From Chrysomallon squamiferum (taxonomy: Eukaryota > Animalia > Mollusca): 64,000 bases of DNA. Both the position numbers and the translations under genes were made by a program. The notes below the pieces were generated by a model. The model worked only from the letters and a program-made list of their open reading frames with translations, made no database searches and was not told the DNA's origin. Shown piece after piece: positions 1 through 10,595 of the stretch. Within the stretch, counting starts at the first letter, position 1, and the number at the start of each line of letters is the position of its first letter. The stretch spans positions 4,340,001 to 4,404,000 of the forward strand of contig CM022675.1 of assembly GCA_012295275.1 (NCBI GenBank), read 5' to 3'.

Positions 1-771
1 TGGTACCTCGACTTAGGAATGCCTAACTTACGAGTTTTTCGAATTACTTCGAGTTACAAGCAGTCGACATGCAATTATTTGCTTTGAGTGGCGAGCCAAA
101 ATCCGAGTTACGAGCGAGTTAAAGATATGCTGCCGCTAGTTGGCGCAACGAACAACACAACATCCGCCCAGCATCCCGCGTCTGACTGGTTTACTTCAGG
201 TGGTTACCTCGCCGCGGAAACATCTCTGTTGTGTTGTGTTCGCGTTTTGTGTAATTTTCACAAATTTCTTTTTCCTGACCATGGATTGTAAGAAAGTGGG
301 TGCAAAGGACAGTGCTTAGAAGAAGAAGTGGATGATATCCATTGAACTAAAGCTTGAATTCATAGAAAAACAATAGCAAGGTGTGCATGTAGTCGACTTG
401 CATAGGCAGTACGAGCGTAGTACTTGTACGATATGTACCATACTGAAGCAGAAGGAGTCGATAAAGGCTGTAACTTCAGCCAAAGGCGTTAAAATAATTT
501 GTCTGATCGCCAAGATAAATACATTTTACAAAACCAAGTTATTTCTTTTCATTCTCTTTTATTTTGTTTTTATACAATATTTTCCATTTATAAATACATT
601 TTTGTTATTTAAAAGCACGTTACAAAAATTTAGTGTGTTTTAAGCGGGGGCTGGAACGGATTAATGGTATTTCAATTAATTTCATTTAGGAAAATTGATT
701 TGATATACGAGCAAATTGAGATACGAGCTAGGTCGCGGAACGAATTAAACTCATAAGTCAAGGTACCACTG
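1..771 (+). mobile_element. Internally deleted Tigger/pogo-like (Tc1/mariner superfamily) DNA transposon; left end clipped by window start
   Basis: Left end TGGTACCTCGACTTA matches the reverse complement of the right end TAAGTCAAGGTACCACTG (ends at 771), which is followed by TA. The interior (281-~500) reads MDCKKVGAKDSA*KKKWMISIELKLEFIEKQ*QGVHVVDLHRQYERSTCTICTILKQKESIK, a stop-interrupted CENP-B-type HTH of TIGD1/Tigger transposases. Confidence 0.85.
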
Positions 772-899
772 TATGTCTATATATAGTAAAATAAAAAATG
801 AAAAACATCAACGTAGAAATGACTATATATATCTTTATATTACATTACTTCATATATACCTATTCTATATAATCAGCTAAGGATATTTTAATAATTTTT

Positions 900-1450
900 C
901 ATATACGTTTTGCATTTTCTGTTTCTAGTCGAAGTCTGTTTTATACTAACATTTTTACTATTACTCTAAATTTATTGAGATACAGTAAACCTCGTGACTA
1001 TTCAAATGGATCATCCGGTAAATTAATATATATTTTCACTTTCGAACGATTGATTTATTCTCTTATTCAAGTGTTATTTGAATAAAGCATTGAAAAATGG
1101 AAAATTTGAATTCTTATCTTTGTGTTTATTGCACGAGTATTACTTTCTGAAGAAAAAGGTTTAATTTCAGTTCGAAGTACTTTGGCATAGCGGCCATTTT
1201 GTTATGTTTCTCTGAACGTATATCACTAACATCGTTCATACTCTACTTGTTTCGTTCTCGAGGTTTTGTCTACGAGTTTTCTTCTTATAAACAACCTCGA
1301 ACAAACACAAATTAAATATTTTAGCTTCATCTGATTGTACAGTATAAAAGATTTTGTCACCCGAAAGTAGTAGAAAAAACCTTATGAAACTTTCTGTAAT
1401 GTCTGTTAACTATTTTCCAGAGAAAATGTCGGTTTAGAACGAGCCCTTAA
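900..1450. repeat. Conserved 3'-flank block of the array unit, implying another gene copy upstream of the window
   Basis: The same block (e.g. gtatcactaacatcgttcatactctacttgttacgttcacgaggttttg...cacccgaaagtagtagaaaa) follows copies 1, 2, 4 and 5 at ~10780-11350, 21060-21600, 46700-47110 and 58720-59260. Confidence 0.8.
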
Positions 1451-2145
1451 ATTTGAACATTAGAAATTACATCGCCACACACACACACACACCCACACGC
1501 ACACATGAACACACACACACACACACATGCACACACACTCACACTTTTTCTCTCTGACAAACACATTCACACACACACTCTCTCACGCACACATAAACGC
1601 ACACACATAGTCTTTCTCTCACACACACACACGCACGATGTCTTTCTACAGGTATATTCGTGTTTATGTGGTTTATATTATTTTACATTTCAACATCTGA
1701 ACATTCTAAAAGTTGATTTTCAAGAACCTAGGTTTACTACAGCTTTGTTTTTATTTCTCACAAAATAAATTCAGACCCAAACATTTCTAGCTGCATTCAG
1801 TGAAGTGAGACTTTGAGAGTGACGAGCTCTCTAAGTGAGGGAAATACAATTGTGAAACTTAGTATAGTGTAATATATTAATTTTATTCTAACTGTAAAAC
1901 TTAGTGTAATGTAATCATTTTATTTGAACTGTTTTGTGAGAAAATTGTCCTTGATGTTTCACCATATTGGTATGATTGCTACTGAGGCTTCACAGACTGG
2001 GTCCCCCCAAAAAACAGACTGAAGTTTCAGTTAATTGATTACTACAAACAAACAGCAAACTTTAACTAACAGAGTGACTATCATCTCAAACCAGTATTAT
2101 CAGTCACATATTTCTCACAGATAATATATATTTAATAACGTAAAT

Positions 2146-2205
<60 letters not shown>

Positions 2206-2412
2206 GCGATGTATTAATGATATTAATAACAATGGGAGGGTAAGAAAGAAGAAGAAAGATAAAATGTGACTGTAAGAGATAGGAGAGATTGTGACGACCT
2301 CGGTGACAACGTCATTATGTAATCGCGTGTGTTCTGCGCTATTTTAAGACTGCGCTGCGCATTCTTACGATCAATAAAACTCGCGGTATTTTCCAGATCG
2401 CTCAAGTCAAAT

Positions 2413-2757
2413 CAGACAGCACTTACACACATCCTAAAAGTTAAACTGCATGTTTCACTAGAGACAGCACTTACACACATCCTAACTGTTAAACTGCATG
2501 TTTCACTAGAGACAGCACTTACACACATCCTAACTGTTAAACTGCATGTTTCACTAGAGACAGCACTTACACACATCCTAGCTGTTAAACTGCATGTTTC
2601 ACTAGAGACAGCACTTACACACATCCTAGCTGTTAAACTGCATGTTTCACTAGAGACAGCACTTACACACATCCTAGCTGTTAAACTGCATGTTTCACTA
2701 GAGACAGCACTTACACACATCCTAACTGTTAAACTGAATGTTTCACTAGACACAGCA
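2413..2757. repeat. 48-bp minisatellite, ~7 copies
   Basis: Unit gagacagcacttacacacatcctaactgttaaactgcatgtttcacta repeated head-to-tail. It generates the spurious ORFs 2329..2769 and 2412..2753. Confidence 0.95.
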
Positions 2758-3885
2758 CATCATTGTTAAATGAAATAAACAGTGAAAACCTGCCAGATTT
2801 TATTTTTATTTCTGACAACCCCCACGTGAATTTGAGGAGAACATTTTTCATAATTAAAGTAACATAAACAGAGTGGTTTAATGTACACTGACCTATAAAT
2901 TAAATACAAACAGGTTTTATGCTTAAAATCAATGAGATTCACTAATAATATTACAGGATTATAACTAAATAAATAGACAAAGTGAATTTAAAATGAAAAA
3001 ACGTGCAATTATAAACGATAGAAAGATAATATTTTGTTTTCAAACAGGACAACAAGTTCTTAATAATTTAATTTTAATAACAGAACAATACATACATATA
3101 TATATACATATGTATAGACAATGTTCGTGCAGTTAACACTTCACTATCATTTCCTCGTCTTCTAGACATGGTAAAAAGTTAGTATGTGATAGTTAGTATA
3201 TGTTAGTGTATGATAGTTAGTATATGTTAGTGTATGATAGTTAGTATATGTTAGTATATGATAGTGTTGTGAAAAAAATAAAATAAGTTTGGATATGCAG
3301 TTCTGTGTGTTTGTATGTGGATATATCTAGGGGTGTGTGTGTGCGTGTGTGCGTGCGTGTATCTATGTATTTATTTGTATATGCATTCCTGTATGTATTT
3401 GTATATGCATGTATGCATAGATGCATATATTTATGTGTCAGTGTATGTATGCGTTATGTATGTAAGCATTATGTATGTATGTTTGTATGTTTGTATCAAT
3501 CTATGTATGCATTTTTGTGTGTCTGCATTATGTATGTATGTATGTTTATATGTTTGTATCTATCTATGTATGTATTTTTGTGTGCATGCATTATGTATGT
3601 ATGTATGTTTGTATGTTTGTATCTATCTATGTATGTATTTTTGTGTGTATGAATTATGTATGTGGTATCGCTGCATGTATGTATGAATTAGTAAATGTAT
3701 GTATTAGTAAATGTAAAAAGACGGAGTCTTATAAATAAATACATACAAATAATATTAATAAAGCAACTTATTGTTAAAATAAACTCATACAACTTATATT
3801 AGTAAAACGGACGCATCACTTATAATTATACCAACACAAAATTACAAACAGAGTCATCTGTAATCTAAATAGCCAGATTCATGCT

Positions 3886-3982
3886 CTGTTTTCCTCTTTC
3901 TATTAATATCTAATCTACTTCCTTGTCGGTTTTAGCAAAACTCGGTTTTATATCGTCTTGCGTAAGAATTGCGTATATAAAA
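3886..3982 (+). promoter_or_regulatory. Conserved proximal upstream block (putative promoter or 5'UTR) of the receptor gene
   Basis: ctgttttcctctttc...acttcct...ttttagcaaaactcggttttatat.gtcttgcgtaagaa...tatataaaa precedes all six ATGs (also ~14617, 24232, 39627, 52224, 61528). It contains ETS-like ACTTCC, C/EBP-like TTGCGTAA and TATA-like motifs; these motif roles are inference. Confidence 0.55.
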
Positions 3983-4009
3983 ATAAAGAGAAGAAAACAA
4001 AAAGAAATA

Positions 4010-6453
4010 ATGAATTTAGTAACAGCAGTGATTATATTAACTGTCTACAATCAGGTTACACGTTCAGAAAGACTAAGTAAGTTTATTATTCATTTAAATT
4101 AATTTATTCATTGTACTTCATTTGAAATATGTATAAGGCTAGGGGAGATAACTTAAAATTTTATATTTTATTTCAGTTTTATTTATTGTTTAATGGGGAT
4201 TTTATTATTGTGATTTCTTGTATATGATGATTGTGTTAAAAGAAGACCTTTCTCAAAATAGAGCCTTCTGAATGTTTAATCGATGTTTAACATGAAATGT
4301 TCATTCATAGTTAATAATAACAATAACAACAACAACGACAGTAATAATAATAACAGTAACAACATCATCAACAGCAATAATAACGACGACAACAAACAAC
4401 AATAATGACAGCTATGAAAATTAAATAACTGCATAGCGTAACAACAGTATGTAATAGGATTTAACATAACAGCATAAACTAGCACGTTAAAACATCTTTT
4501 AAAAATAAACTGTTTACTATAAATGCAACATTAGCTAACGTATTTTAACCTAGCTAAATACAAATAACAGCAATATTATATATAAAATAACATAACATAA
4601 CGTAACATAACAATAATAATAACGTAGCAGTATTACATATTACACAACCTGACTAAAACACAACAGAGCATAACTAAGTAATTATTTATAAGTTTATAAA
4701 ACATAACAGTATAAATATGTATGTGTAAATTTGTACAATTACAAACAAAATACGTATGTATAAATGTATATATAATAACGTAACATAAAATTTCATCAAC
4801 ATAATGCAAATAAATAATTAAGATAAATATTAATAAATTAACACAGGTCCGTGGTCTGACAGAAAACAAGAAGAAATGTTAGAAGAATATTTTACACTGG
4901 ATAAAAATCAAACTTGGTGGGAGGCAGCGTATTCTGGCTGTGAGGAGGCAGGAGGCAGACTCGTTGTTGATCATTCTGGTTTAGACGATGACAAACTTTC
5001 TTCCGTAATGGAAGAAGACACAAACTACTGGGTAGGAGCTTTGGAGACGTTTACACCTTGGAAATGGACTGGTGAGTATTCTGTTATTGATAATTTCGAT
5101 TTCATTTAGAAAAGAAATAAATGTTTAATGTTTTATTCTAGTTCTGATGTTTTATTAAAGTTTTACTTTATAAATTGTTCATTATCTACGACATCAACAA
5201 TAACAACAAAATCACTAATTTTGTTGTTTTTATTGTTGTTGTTGTTTTCAGAGACGAATGACAAATTATTCCAGTACGTTGGAGATATCGATGTTGGGAG
5301 TTTGAGTAGTAAATACTCAATACAAGACAATGATGCTTTTAAATGTTTCCAGCAATGTAAACCGAGCAATGGAAAAATTGGTTTACAGGTTGGTAAATTC
5401 TTGTTTTCATAAACACTGAATTTAAAACAAAAAGTGTTAAATATATACTTATTTCAGATTTACGTTAGTAAATTCTTGTTTTCATAAACACTGAATTTAA
5501 AACAAAAAGTGTTAAATATATACTTGTTTTTTATTACCCGAATCACACACAGACAAATGGGACACACAGACAGGTATACTTCTACTATTAAACTGTCACT
5601 GAGGCAACCAATACAACTACTTCATCTTCTACTACTATTACTATTTCTACCACAACTACTACAAACATTCTTCTTCTTCTTCTTCTTCTTATTATTATTA
5701 TTATTATTGTTGTTGTTGTTGTTGTTTTTGTTGCTGTTGTTGTTGTTGTGTTCATATTACTACAACAATTGTAGCTTTATTAACATATTTGTCTAGGTTA
5801 TTTTTTGTTATTATTGTTATTAATTTTGTATTTTTAGGGAAAGCAGTGTTACTGTAAAATCTCTGACACAGCAAGTCCTGTGAAGTCAACTACAAAACGA
5901 GTTCGATGTGCAGGGACATATGAAGAATACTGCGGAGGACGAAACACAATTTCTATTTATAGAATAGGTGACTCTAATAACTTTAAAATATTTATCTTTT
6001 TTATATTATTTTATTAACGTCAGTTGATGAAGGTGTATGTCTGAGATCTTGAATGATCGAAAGAAAAAGGAAACGAACAAAAGAATGAAACAATCAATGA
6101 ATCAATCAATGTTTAAAGATGGCTGCCGGGCAAACCATTATTTTCTTTTTTCAGTTATGATGATTATGGTCACCGAGATATATTCACAGATATAATAATG
6201 TGTGAATTATTCTTTTTATAGATCTTCCGTCTTCAGTTCAAATCGACGACAGCGCTGACGGAATCAAGCGCTGCGGCTACGTCAAGTTCAATTCTGACAG
6301 TTTTACAATTGGTTTCCAAAACTGTGACAGCTACAGAGCATATCTCATGTGTCCAGGTCATTTTTTAAAATTAATTTCAAGTAGTATCACTAATAGCTGT
6401 AGTAGTAGTAGCAGTAGCAGTATTAGTATTAGTATTAGTAGTAGTAGTAATAA

Positions 6454-6490
<37 letters not shown>

Positions 6491-7069
6491 CGCGATTATT
6501 GTAAAAGAAGCAGTATTAGTAGTTGTATTTTTGTCATCAGTTACTTATTTTTTTACTTTTAAGGAAAATACAGAAAATATAACTGGTTCTACCCTTGCAA
6601 AGATGGCACATGCTTTACAACATGGACGAGTAACTGGAACAGTGCAAGTAGATACTGCAGTGGACGTCTGTCTAAACTAACCAGTAATACAATCTCAGCA
6701 ATGAAAAAATATCTGACTACGTCAGAAAACAACAGCGACACTACTGGCTTGGACTTCACAGAGAAGTTGAATGGAGATGGATTGATGGTAAGTTTTGATA
6801 TTATTTTCTTATTTAAATAATAATAATAATAATATTAATTAATTATAATAATAATAATTATTATTATTATTATTGTCCTTGTTGTTTCTGCTGTTGCTGA
6901 TTAGTAATATTAAAGATTATTTGGGAGGGTGTACGGGGGGGTTATAGTCAGACGTCATTGATTACGTAATGTGTTTTATTAGGTCTCTGCCTCAACTCGG
7001 GAGCGAAATCCTCTTCTTTAATTATTTTTAATAGTTCAAATTCTTTAATTAATTAATATTTCAAAAAAA

Positions 7070-7111
<42 letters not shown>

Positions 7112-7456
7112 CCAATAGATTTATTAGTTCATATAAAATAATGTCTAAGAGAAACGTATTTCATTTCAGGTAGCGAAGTGTCGTACAAGAAACTAGTTTC
7201 TGGTAAAACGAAGTTTCTTAAAAGTCTGGTTTGGCTCGTTAATAGTGCAGATGAGGAATTTTATGATTATTACTCTCCACAGACTAAATTTCAGACAATT
7301 TGTCAGAAGTGTGAGTATAACCTCTATAACAACAAATACAATTATGTGGACTGTTGGATGTATGTAAGTATGTGTGTATGTGTGTATATATTTCAGTTTG
7401 TAACAGGATAAAATACGAAAGGAAACTCTTAAAAGGTTATTGTTTGTTGTGTCTAT

Positions 7457-7543
<87 letters not shown>

Positions 7544-7581
7544 CATAAAATAATAGATACATACAGAATGATCTGTCTATA

Positions 7582-7646
<65 letters not shown>

Positions 7647-9868
7647 TGATTAAGTTAAAAAATGCCAGAATTCTCAACTTCCATACTTTTCTCCAATCCG
7701 TCTTTTTCCACTATTTCTGAACCAACAACATCAGGGGAGATAATTCCAACAAACCAATCCACTGAGACACAACATTCATCAAACAAGTCAGGTTAGTTTT
7801 AATTTTAATATTTTGTTAACAGATTTATTTAACTAAATTTAATTTACTAGATATATTTTACTAGTTTATATTTATTTATTTATTATATTTAATTTATTAG
7901 TTTTTATTTACTAGATTTTTTTAATTTATTATTTTAAAACTAGATTTTTTTAATTTTAATGAAAAGTATTCATTTATTAGTTTTGTTTAAATTAATTAAC
8001 TTTATTTTTTTTTCTTTTTGTATGTTGTTCTGTGCTAGATGGCTTATTTAATTTACAAGAATTATTTCACTTGTTTTAAATTTACTAACCCTATTTTACT
8101 AGCTTTGTGTTAATTTACTAGATTTATTCTGCTAACCTTATTAAAATTAATTAAATATATTTTCATTTTCAGTATGATTTTCAATTATTGTTTTTTAATT
8201 TATCAGATTCATTTTATTTTAATACTGTCAGTAATTTATTTAATACAATGTAATTTGAAAAAGGGGTTAGTAATGACTTATATTTGTATTAAAATTAATA
8301 AAATTATTTCAGTAGTAAGGGAAATAAATCATAACAAACAAACAGACAGATCAATAAAAACATTGACATAGTTAATTGTACTTACATTAAAATCAGTGAA
8401 ATTACTATTTTCAGCATCTGTTGGTGGTGGCGTCGCTGCTATTGTAGTTGTGTTGGTTGTCACTGTTGTCGTCGTAGTTTGGTCTAAACGGTAGGAATTT
8501 CTTATAACTATTTAGTAAACCAAATTATGAAATTCATGAAGCAGAAAAACAGAAAAAAAAACCCAACAAAGAATGAAATATGAATGAATAATAGAGAAGG
8601 AAAAAATAATGTGTTCTTTATCATGTTTGTTAAAAAAAAATAAAAAAAGGAAAGAATAAAAAAAAAAAATCATGTTTGTGAAAAAAGATAAAAAAGAACG
8701 AAAGAATAAAAGAAAGAGAAAGAAAAGAGGTATGAAAGAACAAGAAAGTATGAATGAAAATAATACATTTATATAAAAACGTATGAAAGAAAGTAAAAAA
8801 AATCTACATATTTCACTTTTATTCTTCTTAGTTAACGTCAGTTTAATTTGAAATGTAAAATAGTTTTTCCTTTCAATTATCAGAGTCGTCACGACAGAAA
8901 CTCGTATAATAAAACTAATTTAGTATTTCACAGTTTAAATTTAAATAATGTCTTCATTTTTCAGAACACGTCGATTTTGTTTTAAAACTCAGAAGTTACC
9001 AGAATCAAGAATTAATTTTAACAAAAGAAACAACGAAATCAGCTCTGCTGACCACTTACAACGTGGTCACACAAATCCGAGTTATGAGGTAACAACGACG
9101 TCGACGTCGGCAGATTATGAATTTGAATCAGAAAATCAAGGAAACCACAGTGTTTACTACAACGTCCCAAACGGAGTTACTATCAACATGGAAAACAGAA
9201 ATGATAACGACTACGACATCGCAGATGTTAAAGCACTTCCAAATAACAGATCTACTGGACACTACGACACAGCGGATATCAACACGGCAGCTACTACAAC
9301 ATCTGAGGTGGACAAACACCTTTCAGGTAGCCAAGACGGAGACTACAACAACACAGACACAACAAACACAACAACTCGTAGATCTAACATCTACAACCAC
9401 ATTGTTGGGGACAACGACGGCGACTACGATACCTGTGACAAGAAAAAGAAAACAACTACGTCTGATGTCTACAACCGGCTTGGTGTCGACAATGACAGCG
9501 ACTACGACAGCACAAACAAAGAAAAAACAACTGCAACTGTATCTGACGTCTACAGCCACCTCGTTGATTCTGAAGACTACGACACCATGGACAGAAAACC
9601 TCCAACATCAACAACAACATCAGAACTGTATAACCATCTTAACCAACCTGACAGCGACCTCTACGACATCGCTGATACTGTTACTTCGAATTTACCACAC
9701 CCCAGTCTGTGTAGACATGCTGCATCATCTAACAATCAAATTCCCACTAGGAAATCAGAAATCTCTGATAACGTCCACGACGATTTCGACAACAACGACA
9801 ACGTTTCTGAAGGCAGTGGACATTTTTATTTTGTTCTGGAAAATTCTGATTTAAAAGAATGTCAGTAG
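4010..9868 (+). pseudogene. Receptor copy 1 (split CTLD/WSC - CTLD2 - TM - full ~300-aa Tyr-repeat tail); frameshifted as assembled
   Basis: Exons: 4010-4076 (signal MNLVTAVIILTVYNQV), 4847-5071 (TWWEAAYSGC..GGRL..YWVG), 5252-5388 and 5838-5967 (WSC: KCFQQC..GLQGKQCYC..CAGTYEEYCGGRNTISIY), 6222-6356, 6564-6787, 7170-7310, remnant ~7662-7791, 8415-8490 (TM VGGGVAAIVVVLVVTVVVVVWSKR), 8965-9868. Exon 6564-6787 is 224 nt, with one A missing at ~6726-6729 before YWLGLHRE. The stalk exon lacks its 5' half and acceptor. Confidence 0.8.
7459..7645. repeat. (GA)n followed by (AAT)n microsatellites
   Basis: Seen directly. Similar tracts occur at 35767-35859 ((TC)n) and 49363-49460 ((AG)n), with many (AAT)n/(ATT)n runs throughout. 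Confidence 0.95.
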
Positions 9869-9992
9869 TAACTCGATCGATATTTTGAAGCAAAATTTGT
9901 CGCCTGCTGTGAAGTGTTTTTTATAAATCCATCTTAAAAGTGTCTCATTCCACTTTTTATTATTATTACTATTACTATTATTATTATTGTTG

Positions 9993-10051
<59 letters not shown>

Positions 10052-10564
10052 TATGTATTAACAGTGCTTCATACCATTTTTATTTTTTAATATTTAATTT
10101 TATTTTTTGAGATTTTATTATTGACTGATTGATTTAATTTAATGTTGTTGTTGTTGTTGTAAACACTATGTTAATAGTTAATTCGGCTACTTTTGTTAGC
10201 ATTATTTGTATTATTATTTTTACCTTTCTATTTTGTGTTTGAGTTTATTCTAATATCTAAATGAACCTGTCGTCTGTGCGATTTATTTTTACCTTATTTC
10301 TGTGACATGTGAAATCTGTTACATTTTAAGTATTAATCTGCACTGATGTAAAATTTTGTCCGTTGAAGAAATCCTCGCTAGCTGATTTTATTTTTATTAT
10401 TATTATTCTTATAACAGTTTAAGGGTACGTTATTCGAAATTCCGAAATCCTACATTCGAGATTGTGATGTGTTACAGTTTTCCAGTAGATGTAGCCAACT
10501 TTACGTCATGCACAAACTTATTATAAATATTATTGTACATGAAAACTATATGTATATTTATGCA

Positions 10565-10595
<31 letters not shown>

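Noticed and set aside
3241-3738. ORFs rich in MYVC/CVC (also ~14030-14520, 23550-24130, 51860-52140, 61170-61500)
   Set aside because: Translations of degenerate (TATG)n/(TG)n microsatellite DNA; no splice structure or domain.
5393-5525. ~58-bp local duplication after the exon 3 donor in copy 1 (similar ~80-bp duplication at ~55795-55960)
   Set aside because: Copy-specific intronic slippage with no coding or splice consequence evident.
9117-9854. 245-aa Thr/Gln-rich ORF overlapping the tail exon in another frame
   Set aside because: A by-product of ACA/GAC/TAC-rich codons. It is shorter and differently broken in other copies, and the splice phase selects the Tyr-repeat frame.
4010-9868. Assignment to polycystin-1, Kremen or macrophage mannose receptor on the basis of WSC/CTLD content
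   Set aside because: No PKD/REJ/GPS, kringle/CUB or FN2/ricin domains are present and the architecture differs, so no gene symbol is given.
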